52,882 nucleotides of DNA from Bacillota bacterium (GTDB lineage Bacteria; Bacillota; Sulfobacillia; Fermentithermobacillales; Fermentithermobacillaceae). The stretch lies in NCBI GenBank assembly GCA_040880305.1, contig JBBDIP010000006.1, forward strand, positions 1 through 52,882, in the 5' to 3' direction. A program made the position numbers and the translations under genes. Positions 1 to 10,238 of the stretch are shown piece after piece. Position 1 is the first letter of the stretch, and each line of letters begins with the position of its first letter. The notes under the pieces were generated by a model, which saw only the letters and a program-made list of their open reading frames with translations, did no database searches and had not been told where the DNA came from.

Positions 1-105
1 ATAGGCTAACGTAATCGCAAGCCCCTGACGGTTCAATGGAATCTAAATTGGTTAACGTTCTATGAAGGTTTGGGTGGACTAGCCTTGTCGGGCCCGCTGT
101 CTCGA

Positions 106-129
106 CTGACTATATGCTATGATAGCCAT
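106..129 (+). promoter_or_regulatory. 8-8-8 palindromic operator, copy 1 (CTGACTAT-ATGCTATG-ATAGCCAT)
   Basis: Near-identical to 660-683 and 9725-9748; contains the extended -10-like TGCTATGAT. Confidence 0.6.
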
Positions 130-278
130 CAATGAGTCCACTGTGTTGTAGCAGGGACTCTGCAATCGCCTTCCGAGACTGCCGTTGACGAAAGGACTTT
201 CGAAATGGTGAAACGGATTCCCGGATTTCCGGAGCACACGGCTCTTGCGGCGGGCACTACCCGGCTTGAGCTTCCTCC

Positions 279-635
279 ATGTGGGTCTCCATAGACGGAG
301 CTCAGAAAGACAGTTTCGGGGGCGTGAGAACCGGCGCCGGTTTTGTTGACGTAATTGGCAGGCTTCAAAGACTTAGCGAGCTCAATGCTAGTGCCCGGCA
401 CCCGATCGAGGTCGGGATCGCGTTTGTCGCGATGAGGAGCAATATTGTCGACCTGCCGGATGTCCTGACTCTTGCCGAGAGGCTCAACGCCAAGAAGGTC
501 TCGGTAAGTAACGTGCTTCCCTATACGGCGGAGATGGAAGAGTACTCCGAGAAGAACCAGGAGGACTGTACTGGCAACAAATTCCCCACTTGCGGCGGCT
601 GCATCTGGGCACAGGGCGTAATTCAGTGTCCGTGA
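279..635 (+). pseudogene. Radical SAM/SPASM maturase remnant (resembles tungsten-oxidoreductase-associated maturases)
   Basis: WVSIDG, VGIAFVAMRSNI..LP, VSNVLPYT and C-terminal EDC.GN.FPTCGGCIWAQGVIQCP are present. The CxxxCxxC N-terminus is missing and most of the SPASM region is deleted. Confidence 0.7.
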
Positions 636-659
636 CCGCCAGCAGAGCCTATCATTCAT

Positions 660-683
660 ATGCCTACATGCTATAATAGCCAT
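660..683 (+). promoter_or_regulatory. 8-8-8 palindromic operator, copy 2, with extended -10 (TGCTATAAT)
   Basis: ATGCCTAC-ATGCTATA-ATAGCCAT, 60 bp upstream of the 744 operon. Confidence 0.65.
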
Positions 684-743
684 TGATTGGTTTGGGCGGC
701 TTCACATTGTATCTCCCGAGCATGAAAGGCAGGCAGTTGACGC

Positions 744-1862
744 GTGGCCAGTTCATTGCTGATAGGCATACCGCAGTCGCTCAAGTACTTCGGTTTTTCG
801 CGAGTGTGGGAGTCGTTCCTCGCGGAGTCCGGCTTCGACCTCGTGTACTCCGGACCAACCACCAAGGACGTCGTCGATAAAGGCATCGAGTGTTCGGTGA
901 GCGAGGCCTGTCTGCCGGTCAAACTCATCCACGGCGAGGTCGCGAGCCTCGAAGGCAAAGTGGACAGAGTGTTCCTACCGAGGTTGGTCAACATATCGGG
1001 CACCACGGTCTTCTGCCCCAAGTTCCTCGGTATGCCCGACATGGTGAGAGCGTCGCTAGGTAACAAAGTCGAGCTTCTTTCTCCCCGGATAGACCTCCGA
1101 AAGGGCCCGCGGGACGTATCGCGGTCTTTTCTAGAATCCGTCCGCGGCCTCGGCGAGGGCGGGATGAGAGCCGCGAGGACGCGCTTGCGCGACCTCGTGG
1201 CGAGCCTGAGGATCCCCCAGGACTTCGATGCGGCCCCTGTCGCGGCGGCAGCGACCGTCGCGGACGGCACCCCCGAAGATGGCCCCACCATTGGCGTCCT
1301 TGGCTACCCCTACCTGGTCGAAAACGAATACGCCAGTATGGGGCTGGTCCGGAAACTTGCGGGTCGCGGCGTCCGGGTGTTGAAGGTGCCGGACGTGTCC
1401 GAAGCGGACCTGGCCTCGGTTAGCGGTGAGTTCGATAAGCAGGTATTCTGGTATTTTAGTGACCGGGTCGTCAAGGCCGGGTACCACTGGTGCCGCGCCG
1501 GGGCAGTCGACGGCTTGATCCATCTGACCGCGTTCGGATGCGGGCCCGACGCCATAGCCGACAAACTCCTTGAGCTCGAGGCCAGGCGCAGCGGGCTCCC
1601 CTACCTCACCGTCTCGGTTGATGAGTGCAGCGGAGAGGCCGGAGTGGTGACGAGAGTGGAAGCCTTCGTCGACATGCTTACGAGGGTTCCAGGCGGTCAG
1701 CGATACGGAGGTATGAATCACAATGTTGAAAGTGACGTTTCCGCATATGGGGCTGTCAGTTCATGCTCTCACTGCGCTAATGGAGGGAATGGGGAACGAA
1801 GTCATTGTGCCGCTGGAACCGACGCAACGGACGCTCAACCTTGGCACCAAGTACGGCCCTGA
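744..1862 (+). CDS. Acyl-CoA dehydratase activase-related protein (DUF2229-like)
   Basis: IGIP.SL, EACLPVKLIHG, FCPKFLGMPD, LTAFGCGPD and GVVTRVEAFVDML motifs. The reading frame runs 140 nt into the next gene. Confidence 0.8.
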   Translation: MASSLLIGIPQSLKYFGFSRVWESFLAESGFDLVYSGPTTKDVVDKGIECSVSEACLPVKLIHGEVASLEGKVDRVFLPRLVNISGTTVFCPKFLGMPDMVRASLGNKVELLSPRIDLRKGPRDVSRSFLESVRGLGEGGMRAARTRLRDLVASLRIPQDFDAAPVAAAATVADGTPEDGPTIGVLGYPYLVENEYASMGLVRKLAGRGVRVLKVPDVSEADLASVSGEFDKQVFWYFSDRVVKAGYHWCRAGAVDGLIHLTAFGCGPDAIADKLLELEARRSGLPYLTVSVDECSGEAGVVTRVEAFVDMLTRVPGGQRYGGMNHNVESDVSAYGAVSSCSHCANGGNGERSHCAAGTDATDAQPWHQVRP

Positions 1863-2856
1863 ATTCGCCTGCCTGCCGCTCAAGATTACGCTGGGCACCT
1901 ACATGGAAGGAATTCAGAGGGGCGCCGACACCATCGTGACTTCAGGGGGGGTCGGGCCGTGCAGGGCGGGCTACTATTCGGCGCTGCACAAGAAGATCCT
2001 TTCCGGCGTCGGTTGCGACGTGAGGATGGTCGTCTTCGAGCCTCCGATGAGCCACAAGCGCGACACGCTGGCCAAAGTTAAGATGCTCAACAGCGCCCAC
2101 CTGTCGGGCCTCTCGATCATAGAACTCCTCTATCCCGTCTACGCCGAGCTCCTCGCGCTCGACCACCTGGAGCGGGCTCTTCGCCGGGCCATGCCTCGGG
2201 AAACAGTGAAGGGCGCCTCGGAGGCGGGGTACAAGAAGGGCGTGGAGATGGTGTTCGCGGCGGCCGGTACCCGGCAGATCCGGGAGGCGGAGGCCGAGGG
2301 GCTACGTCTTCTGAGGTCCACCCCCCAAGATGAGACCGCGGACCCGGTGAGGATCGGTATGGTCGGCGAGATCTACGTCCTCCTGGAACCAGCCTCGAAC
2401 CTCTACATGGAGAGGGTCCTCGGCGAACTCGGGGCCGAAGTCCACAAGTCGATGTACCTCACCAACTGGATCATGGGCAACGTCGTCGTGGAGGGCGGCG
2501 GCTTCAGCGCCAGGAAGGCGGCCGCCAAGTACCTGCCGGAGATGGTAGGTGGCCACGGGCAGGACTCGGTTGGCAACACTGTTATCTACGCCGAGCAGGG
2601 CTTGGACGGTGTGATCCAGTTGGCTCCCTTCACCTGCATACCGGAGATCGTCGCCAAGGCGGTTCTGGCGCGTGTCTCCGAGGAGCATTCAATCCCCGTG
2701 CTGTCCTTCTTCCTCGACGAGCAGACGGGCGAAGCCGGAATGCGGACTAGGCTGGAGGCGTTCGTGGACATGCTGAAGACCCGAAAAGCCGGCGCGGCGC
2801 GCGCCGTTTCGGCGTCACGCAACAACAAACGTGAGCCACTGAGGGTGATATCGTGA
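1723..2856 (+). CDS. 2-hydroxyacyl-CoA dehydratase-like / CoA activase partner
   Basis: KVTFPHMG, PEFACLPLK, GGVGPCRAGYY, PFTCIPE, DEQTGEAG.RTRLEAFVDML; RBS GGAGG. Confidence 0.8.
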   Translation: MLKVTFPHMGLSVHALTALMEGMGNEVIVPLEPTQRTLNLGTKYGPEFACLPLKITLGTYMEGIQRGADTIVTSGGVGPCRAGYYSALHKKILSGVGCDVRMVVFEPPMSHKRDTLAKVKMLNSAHLSGLSIIELLYPVYAELLALDHLERALRRAMPRETVKGASEAGYKKGVEMVFAAAGTRQIREAEAEGLRLLRSTPQDETADPVRIGMVGEIYVLLEPASNLYMERVLGELGAEVHKSMYLTNWIMGNVVVEGGGFSARKAAAKYLPEMVGGHGQDSVGNTVIYAEQGLDGVIQLAPFTCIPEIVAKAVLARVSEEHSIPVLSFFLDEQTGEAGMRTRLEAFVDMLKTRKAGAARAVSASRNNKREPLRVIS

Positions 2857-3842
2857 TGAACCTCTACCTCGGGATCGACGTAGGTTCGGTGAGCACCGAC
2901 CTGGCGCTGCTGGATGAGAACCGCGAGGTCGTGGCGGACGTGTACCTCCGGACCAGGGGCAGGCCGATTGAAGCGGTACAGGAGGGGCTGGCTGAGATCC
3001 AGAAGCTGGCGCCGCCCGGCGGGCGCGTCTCCGGAGCGGGGACGACAGGGAGCGGCCGTGCCCTGGCAGGAGCGCTGGTGCGGGCTGACGCAGTCAAGAA
3101 CGAGATCACGGCGCATGCGGTGGCGGCCATGAGCATCGTGCCGGACGTACAGACGGTGATCGAGATCGGGGGCCAGGACTCGAAGATCATCGTGATCCGG
3201 AACGGCGTCGTCACGGACTTCGGGATGAACACCATGTGCGCGGCAGGCACCGGATCCTTTCTCGACCAGCAGGCGTCCAGGCTCGGAATACCCATCGAGC
3301 AGTTCGGCGACATAGCCCTTGAGTCCACGAGCCCGGTCCGCGTCGCGGGGCGCTGCACTGTTTTCGCCGAATCAGACATGATCCACAAGCAGCAGATGGG
3401 GTTCGGGACAGCGGACATACTATATGGCCTCTGCCAGGCACTGGTCAGAAACTTCCTCAGCAACGTCGGCAAGGGCAAGCATGTCCAGTCTCCGGTGGTG
3501 TTCCAGGGCGGAGTGGCCCTGAACAAGGCCGTGAGGAAGGCGTTCGAAGAGCAGCTGGGGGCAGAGGTGGCGGTGCCGGAGAAGCCGGGTGTCATGGGCG
3601 CCATCGGCGCGGCGCTGCTGGCGCAGGAAGCTGTGGCGGGCAGGCCCAGCACCTTCGCCGGGTTTGACGCAGCCGACGCGCGCTTCGCCACATCGGGGTT
3701 CGAGTGCAAGGGCTGCCCCAACATGTGCGAGATCGTCGAGCTCAGGCGCGACCGGACGCTCATCGCCCGCTGGGGCGGTCGCTGCGGGAAGTGGGAACGC
3801 GTAGACCAGAACGGCGCTCCCGTGGACATCGTGGCGGGCTAG
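2853..3842 (+). CDS. Acyl-CoA dehydratase activase (HgdC/BadF-type ASKHA ATPase, Fe-S)
   Basis: GIDVGSVST, TTGSGR, NEITAH, EIGGQDSK, MNTMCAAGTGSFL, RCTVFAESD and a C-terminal CxxCxxxC. Confidence 0.9.
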   Translation: MMNLYLGIDVGSVSTDLALLDENREVVADVYLRTRGRPIEAVQEGLAEIQKLAPPGGRVSGAGTTGSGRALAGALVRADAVKNEITAHAVAAMSIVPDVQTVIEIGGQDSKIIVIRNGVVTDFGMNTMCAAGTGSFLDQQASRLGIPIEQFGDIALESTSPVRVAGRCTVFAESDMIHKQQMGFGTADILYGLCQALVRNFLSNVGKGKHVQSPVVFQGGVALNKAVRKAFEEQLGAEVAVPEKPGVMGAIGAALLAQEAVAGRPSTFAGFDAADARFATSGFECKGCPNMCEIVELRRDRTLIARWGGRCGKWERVDQNGAPVDIVAG

Positions 3843-3936
3843 CCCCTGAGGCGGATGACGATGTGTTCTTGGGAAGATGTTATTCCTGGAGAGATTGTCC
3901 CTTCAAGAAGAGAGTGGCACTGTGGACGGAGCGCTC

Positions 3937-4737
3937 ATGCTGAAAATAAGAGACCTCCACGTCCAGGTGGAAGGCAAGCCTATTCTGAACGGCATCGACC
4001 TGGATATCGGGCCAGGTGAGACCCATGTCCTCCTGGGTCCCAACGGCGGAGGCAAGACCACCCTGCTCATGTCGATCATGGGCATGCCTAGGTACAAGGT
4101 AACCAAGGGATCCATACACTTTGAAGGTCGCGACATCACGAACATGGGACCCGACGAGCGAGCGCGACTCGGTATCGGCCTCATGTTCCAGAAGCCTGCG
4201 GCTGTAGAGGGCTTGAGGCTGGGTGACCTGGCAGAAATGATCGAGAATCGCCGGACTCCTCAAACTGAAGACAGACCAGACCCCAATGGTAAGGACGGTG
4301 ACGGTTCGCCTCACGAAACCGGCCTCAACGTCTTTGCCGAGAGACTGAACCTAAAGGAACACCTCGCCCGCGACGTCAATCGCGGCTTTAGCGGGGGAGA
4401 AATGAAGCGGTCGGAGGTGCTTCAGCTCTTGTGCCAATCGCCGGGCCTTGTCCTGCTCGATGAACCCGAGTCCGGGGTTGACCTCGACAACATCAGCCTC
4501 ATCGGCGATGCCATCAACCGGTTGCTCGACAAGGACTTGCGTGTCAAGGAAAGAAAGGCTTCTGGGCTGATGGTCACTCACACCGGCCACATCCTGAGTT
4601 ATGTCAACGCGACGCTCGGGCACGTTCTCGTGGACGGCCGCATCGTCTGCGAGGGCAGCCCGGCAGACCTTCTCGAAGACATCAAGCGCAACGGGTATAG
4701 GGGGTGCGTCAATTGCCGGACGTGCGAGGTGAAGTGA
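3937..4737 (+). CDS. SufC/SmsC-like Fe-S assembly ABC ATPase
   Basis: GPNGGGKTT, RDVNRGFSGGEMKRSE, LDEPESGVD and C-terminal CVNCRTC. Confidence 0.88.
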   Translation: MLKIRDLHVQVEGKPILNGIDLDIGPGETHVLLGPNGGGKTTLLMSIMGMPRYKVTKGSIHFEGRDITNMGPDERARLGIGLMFQKPAAVEGLRLGDLAEMIENRRTPQTEDRPDPNGKDGDGSPHETGLNVFAERLNLKEHLARDVNRGFSGGEMKRSEVLQLLCQSPGLVLLDEPESGVDLDNISLIGDAINRLLDKDLRVKERKASGLMVTHTGHILSYVNATLGHVLVDGRIVCEGSPADLLEDIKRNGYRGCVNCRTCEVK

Positions 4738-5990
4738 GGCCCGCGCAAGAAACAGGGGCTCGGATGGACTTGCTTGCGGGCTTGGCCAGGTCGGCCACAG
4801 ATAAGCCCGCGAGGTACGGGACCGACATAGACCTTTCGACGTTTGAGGAAGCCGCATCGGCTTCCGCCGTGGGGACCTTGGACGAATTGCCCCACGAAGT
4901 GCGGGGGCTCCTGGCGGAATCCGGGATCAACACCTCTGAGGAGGACCGGTCCGGAAGCTTCATGCAGCTGGGCAGAAGCGTCATCTACGACAAAGTGAAC
5001 GAGATATACGCGGGCAAGCTCGAGATGATGGACACTCGGGACGCTCTGGAAAAATACCCCGAAGTCTTTGATTACTGGTGGAAGATCATCAGCCCGGATC
5101 AGGACAAGTACACCGCGTTCAATTACCTGCATGAAGCGCACGGGTATTTTGTGAGGGTCTTCAAAGGGCAAAAGGTGGACCTGCCGCTCCAGTCGTGCAT
5201 CCTTCTGCACGAAAACGCCGGGCTTCAGAACGTCCATAACATCGTCATAGTCGAAGAAGGAGCGGCGGTGCAGATGATCTCCGGATGCACCGTGACTCCA
5301 AACGTTTCGACGGGCATCCATATTGGAGTGTCTGAGTTCTACATCGGTAAGAACGCTCAGTTGGTGTTCTCAATGGTCCATAACTGGACGCCGGACTTTC
5401 ACGTGCGGCCCCGGACGGCAGCCGTTGTCGAAGACGGCGGATCCTTCATCAGCAACTATGTTCTCTTGAAGCCGGCTGCCTCCGTCCAGACATTTCCGAA
5501 GGTGGTTCTCAAGGGCGCCAAGTCCACGGCAAGGTTCAACACGCTCATATATGGTCTGAAAGACTCCGTGATAGACACCGGTTCCGAGATCAGCATGGAG
5601 GGAGAGGAGTCGTCGGGCGAGGCCATTTCGCGGGCGATCTCTGATGACAATTCGGTAGTGTATGCTAGGGGAACTCTCATATCTCATGTGAACTCGGCGC
5701 AGGCCCATCTGGACTGCAGGGGCATTCTCCTTGGAAGCGGTTCCGCCATGCACGCCATCCCTGAACTCATAGCCGATAAGGCCCCAAAGAGCCATCTCTC
5801 TCACGAGGCCGCGATCGGCCCCATAAGTGAGGAGCAGGTCGAATACCTGATGGCCAGGGGGTTCCCCAGAGATGAAGCGCTGTCCCTTATAACCACGGGC
5901 TTCCTGGATGTGGGACTGCTTGGCCTGCCTAAGCAGCTTGAGAAGTCAATAAAGAAGATGGTCGAACTGACCGGACGTGAGGCGATGTAG
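4734..5990 (+). CDS. SufB/SufD-family (SmsB-like) Fe-S scaffold
   Basis: PLQSC, QNVHNIVIVEEGA, ISGC, HLDCRG, SHEAAIG, EYLMARG; GTGA overlap with the ATPase stop. Confidence 0.88.
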   Translation: MRPAQETGARMDLLAGLARSATDKPARYGTDIDLSTFEEAASASAVGTLDELPHEVRGLLAESGINTSEEDRSGSFMQLGRSVIYDKVNEIYAGKLEMMDTRDALEKYPEVFDYWWKIISPDQDKYTAFNYLHEAHGYFVRVFKGQKVDLPLQSCILLHENAGLQNVHNIVIVEEGAAVQMISGCTVTPNVSTGIHIGVSEFYIGKNAQLVFSMVHNWTPDFHVRPRTAAVVEDGGSFISNYVLLKPAASVQTFPKVVLKGAKSTARFNTLIYGLKDSVIDTGSEISMEGEESSGEAISRAISDDNSVVYARGTLISHVNSAQAHLDCRGILLGSGSAMHAIPELIADKAPKSHLSHEAAIGPISEEQVEYLMARGFPRDEALSLITTGFLDVGLLGLPKQLEKSIKKMVELTGREAM

Positions 5991-6198
5991 TTCGGAAGAT
6001 ACCCTTGACGCAGTGCCCTATAGACTCCCAATGCGCTCCGCCGCGGCCACAGAGAGGGTCTTGACAACTGTTGGGTACGCTGAGGCCGGTAAAGCCGCCG
6101 AGAAATGCGCAGGAGGGAGGGACTATCACGGTTGGTACGCGCACGCCGGCAATGAGTTGCAGTTATCCCGGGCACGTTATCTTAAGGAGAGTGAGCAA

Positions 6199-6707
6199 GT
6201 GAAGAAGAAGGTAATGATCCTTGCGTTCGTCGCGCTCCTGATCTTTGGAACGCCCTAGTCGCCGAGGCAGCCGCGTGGGGAGGACGCTTCGGTGGGGATC
6301 CGGCAGCATGCGTGGGTACTATCCAGGATCTCAATCTCACCGACGATCAAGCGTCACAGATTCAGTCAATCCAGGACAAGTACTTTGCCGACCTGAACGC
6401 TGTCCAAGCCGCAATGCTGCAGGCGCAGTCCGAACTTAGGTCTCTCTTGTGGCAGAAGAGCCCTGATAAGGCTGCCATAGACGCCAAGAACCAGGAACTC
6501 CAGGCTCTTCGTCAGAAGATGGCCGACCTAGCTTCCGAGATGCAGGAGCAGATCAAGTCCGTCCTGACCGAGGACCAGCTCGCCCAGTTCCCTCAGTACG
6601 GACCGATGAGTAGGGGCGGCGCCGGTTTCGGACCGGGATATGGTCGCGGCTTTGGCGCTCGTGGCCAGAACCCGGCGGGAGTTTCCTTTCAGGCCAGGGG
6701 CCTATAG
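6199..6707 (+). pseudogene. Spy/CpxP-family secreted chaperone, frameshifted near 6250
   Basis: Signal peptide MKKKVMILAFVALLIFGT (RBS AAGGAG) continues in another frame as ALVAEAAAWGG...LNLTDDQ...VLTEDQ (LTxxQ motifs). Confidence 0.75.
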
Positions 6708-6780
6708 CTGCGCGTCTAGCGAAACGTCACACTCTCTCTGCAATGGGTCCTAGTTTCCGAGTGTAACCTCTTTGAATCAA

Positions 6781-6826
6781 AGAACTGGAGCCGAGCCTAT
6801 CGGGCGCCGGCTCCGGTTCTTCATTT
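6781..6826. terminator. Stem-loop between convergent genes
   Basis: AGAACTGGAGCCG...CGGCTCCGGTTCT, followed by TCATTT. Confidence 0.5.
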
Positions 6827-6871
6827 AACTCGAGCGTCGCGGTTGAGGAGGGTAGGGAACTTGGAGTTAGA

Positions 6872-7496
6872 CTAGCTCTTTGCACCCACCAGGACCAGTT
6901 CATTCTCTACAACGAGTTTCCGGAGGTCCCCCATGAACTCGTCGAGGTCAATTGCCTTCTGTTGAGGTGACCTCGAAGGTCATGTAGGAAGGCGTGCCCT
7001 CAAGAGTGCCTTTCACTGTGGGTACCGAAAGCGTCAAGTTTACGAAGTCGAACGGTCGTGTCTCCACGAGGTGCTGTAGTCTTGTGAGGAACTCCTTGGT
7101 CCCGAAACTGCCCGCCACTTCGACTTTCACGCGTTTTGGCGCCCTATCAGCCACCTTTTCGGCTTCCGCGCGGGCGGCAAGGACCTCCTGTGCCTGCTGT
7201 TTGTTGATGACCTCACTCTTGACGAGCTTGAGGATGCTGTGTTCGCGCTCAAGCCGCCAGATGAGGTCCTTGTCTGGGAAGCTGATGGCGTTTACCGGGC
7301 ACACAGTCGCGCATGTGCTGCACCCCACCATGCATTTCAGTTCGTGGCTGGCTACCGATTTCTTGTCGCGCATCTCAAATACTCCACGGCCGCAAGTCAC
7401 GTAGCACAGGCCGCAGCCTATGCAGAGGTTGTGATCCACCTTGGGGAACCAGGGTATCTCTTCCCTGGGGATCCCGTGCCACATCTGTTTTTCCAC
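6872..7496 (-). pseudogene. 4Fe-4S dicluster protein with C-terminal domain; frameshift near 6952
   Basis: WHGIPREEIPWFP, CIGCGLCYVTC, CMVGCSTCATVCP. After the TGA at 6948 a shifted frame continues IDLDEFMGDLRKLVVENELVLVGAKS* to 6872. Confidence 0.7.
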
Positions 7497-7607
7497 GCCC
7501 GCGCCTCCACCTCTGACACAGCTGTACTCCGATCCCTTTTGTGATCCAAAGATAGACTTACCCTCGATGACCGCTTCCTATGCCGGGATGACCGGATATG
7601 GAACAGG

Positions 7608-9473
7608 ATGGTCATGGCCCCGATGGTGGCCAACTACGCCTATGAGGATGGTTCTGTCACCGGGAGGTTGCGGGCTTACCATGTTGAGCGGGCGAAAGGC
7701 GGGGTCGGCCTCATCACTGTCGAAGATTCCTACGTTCATCCGTCGGGCAAGGGGTTCCAAAATGAGGTCGGGATCTACTCTGACCGGCTCATCCCGGGAC
7801 TTCGAAGCCTGGTGGACGCGGTACACGGGCACGGCGCCAAGATATCCATTCAGCTTTACCACGGAGGCAGGCAGACCAAGTCGTCCGTCACGGGCCAACC
7901 CATAGTGGGACCTTCCCCTATCCCTGATCCCACCGAACCGGAGACCCCGAGGGAGCTCAAGAAGGATGAGATCGCGGGGCTCGTCAAAGCTTTCGGCGAG
8001 GCTGCGGGGCTCGCCAAGGCTACGGGGTTCGATGCCGTAGAGGTCCACGGAGCACACGGTTACCTCATCAATGAATTCCTGTCGCCTTACTCCAACAAGC
8101 GCAGAGACGAGTACGGCGGGCCTCTTGAGAATCGCCTGCGCTTTCCCATCGAGGTCGTGCGCGCGGTGAGGCAGGCGGTAGGCCCGGACTACCCCGTTGT
8201 GTATCGGATGAGCGCTGATGAGAAAGTGTCCGGCGGTCTCACGCTGGACGAGACGATGCTGGCGGCGCAGAGGCTTGAGAGGGAGGGGATCGACGCCATA
8301 CACGTGTCCGCCGGCGTCTACGAATCGGCGGTGTGGATCATCCAGCCCATGGCGCTTCCCCGCGCGTGCCTGGCGGATCTGGCTCAGGGTATCAAGTCAG
8401 CAGTCAGGATCCCCGTGATCGCGGTTGGACGTTTCAACGATCCTGAAGTTGCCGAGACCGTCCTGGCGGCGGGAAAGGCTGACCTCATCGCCTTCGGACG
8501 CCAGCTTCTTGCTGACCCGGAGACGCCACGGAAAGTTACGGAAGGCCGGTCTGACGAGGTCCGGAAATGCATCGCGTGTTGCCAGGGATGCATTGATGAG
8601 CTCTTTCAGGACCACCCGATAACGTGTACCGTCAATCCCCGTACCGGCTTCGAGCGGGAGTTCACGCTTGAACGAGCCCGGCAGGCTCGGAAGGTCCTTG
8701 TGGTGGGCGGCGGACCGGCGGGCATGGAGGCTGCGAGGGTGGCTGCGTTGCGCGGTCACAGCGTCAGTCTGTGGGAGAAAAGCGATAGGCTGGGGGGGCA
8801 ACTCGGTTTGGCGTCATCGTCTCCCCAAAAGGGCGAGATAGCCACGTTCACGGACTTCCTCACCGGGGAATTGGCCCGTCTCAAGGTCAGCGTGGTGCTC
8901 GATAAAGAAGCCACTCTCGAGGCAATCCGTTCTCAGGAACCAGACGCCCTTGTGGTCGCGACCGGGGCTTCACCCGCCACAATTGACGTCACTGGCGTTC
9001 GAGGCAAGAACGTCGTCATGTCCTGGGATGTCCTTGCCGGCGAAGCCCCTGTTGGAAACAGGGTTGCCGTGATAGGAGGGGGACTCGTCGGTTGCGAGAC
9101 TGCCGAGTATCTTGCGGAGAGAGGCCATCAAGTGACAATCGTTGAGATGCTGCCCAAGATAGCGGCCGACGTTGGCCCACTAGTGGGAGCGCTACTCCTT
9201 GATCGCCTCGCGAAGTACGACGTGCAGATAGTCACTGGCGCGAAGCTGTCTTCCATCCGGGACCACGAGGTGGTTGTGTAGAAAGGCCGCGATATGGAGA
9301 CGTTGACCGGTTTCGACTCCGTCGTCATCGCCGTAGGATCTAGAGCCAACGGTAGCTTAGCCAAGCAACTCGAAGGCTCGGGCTTGGACTTCTACGTCAT
9401 CGGTGACGCCTGTAAGCCGAGACGCATTACTCATGCGGTATATGAGGGGATGAGGGTGGCGCACGAACTCTAG
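7608..9473 (+). pseudogene. NADH:flavin oxidoreductase (OYE / 2,4-dienoyl-CoA reductase type) with in-frame TAG at 9279
   Basis: NRMVMAPM, EVHGAHGYL, CIACCQGC, GGGPAG and GGGLVG motifs. The frame continues past the TAG with FDSVVIAVG...VIGDA.KPR...AVYEG to 9473. The usual N-terminal ~15 aa appear lost. Confidence 0.85.
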
Positions 9474-9479
9474 GAAGTG

Positions 9480-9665
9480 ACGCATCTTTGCCCACGCCTG
9501 CTCTGCGGCGTTGACCGGTTGATAGGCCACTGGCGATGCCGTAAGGGCAGGGTGGGGGCCTATTTGAAGCGTGGCCATCTGCTCCGCGGTCATCCGCTGG
9601 AGAATACAGACGCTGACAGCATTTATCAATTTGCCGCCGCCGAGAGATCCGCCGATCCTCGCTTC
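9480..9665 (-). pseudogene. C-terminal remnant of an NADH oxidase/CoA-disulfide reductase-like flavoprotein
   Basis: LINAVSVCILQRMTAEQMATLQIGPHPALTASPVAYQPVNAAE resembles the dimerisation domain; no N-terminal domains. Confidence 0.65.
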
Positions 9666-9724
9666 CATGGTGGCGATTGACGCCAACCTTGCTTGCTATC
9701 CGGTGGAGAAGGGCTATGCTCATT

Positions 9725-9748
9725 ATGGCTATATGCTATAATAGCCAT
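9725..9748 (+). promoter_or_regulatory. Operator copy 3 with perfect palindromic arms ATGGCTAT-N8-ATAGCCAT, overlapping TGCTATAAT
   Basis: Perfect 8-bp inverted arms 18 bp upstream of the ferredoxin start. Confidence 0.75.
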
Positions 9749-9766
9749 GCATTGGGGGTGACTCAG

Positions 9767-9982
9767 TTGGCCAAGACTTGGTACCCGGTAATCGACCCGG
9801 AGAAGTGCATTAAGTGCATGTCCTGCGTGAACTTCTGCCAGCACGGAGTCTACGCTGACGTTGACGGCACGCCAGTAGTTGTCGGTCGCGAGAACTGCGT
9901 GGAGTTTTGCCGCGGGTGTTCCAAGATTTGCCCGCAAGAGGCAATCCACTATGAGGGAAGCTCGGCGGAGGACGCAAAGTAA
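9767..9982 (+). CDS. 2x[4Fe-4S] ferredoxin
   Basis: WYPVID..KCIKCMSCVNFC and CVEFCRGCSKICP; RBS GGGGGTG, TTG start. Confidence 0.85.
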   Translation: MAKTWYPVIDPEKCIKCMSCVNFCQHGVYADVDGTPVVVGRENCVEFCRGCSKICPQEAIHYEGSSAEDAK

Positions 9983-10003
9983 GGACTGAAGGGAGAAAGA
10001 ACC

Positions 10004-10168
10004 ATGAGCGAGAAGAAGGGACTGCTTCTATGCAATTGCCAGGGCACCTGCCCGTCGTTCGGCAACATGAACGTCTTTGATGTGATTAACAAGCTGAGGC
10101 GGGATAAGGTCGTCGACTTCGTGGGCATTCACCCGCAGCTGTGTTCGGACGACGGCGAGGAGAAGTGA
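10004..10168 (+). pseudogene. Truncated small HdrA-like Cys protein (not in ORF track)
   Basis: MSEKKGLLLCNCQGTCPSF...HPQLCSDDGEEK* (54 aa) with RBS GGGAG; the C-terminal half expected for the family is absent. Confidence 0.6.
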
Positions 10169-10238
10169 CTTGTCTCGCGACCTGCGCGTCGTACTGACGC
10201 CGCAGGCGCATCATGAACTTGTGGAAGGGTGATTTCGG

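Noticed and set aside
2864-3829. 321-aa minus-strand ORF
   Set aside because: Antisense shadow of the activase gene in GC-rich DNA; no motifs.
10166-10216. Selenocysteine readthrough of the TGA ending the HdrA-like fragment
   Set aside because: The downstream frame shows no family-like sequence and closes after 15 codons; truncation is the simpler explanation.
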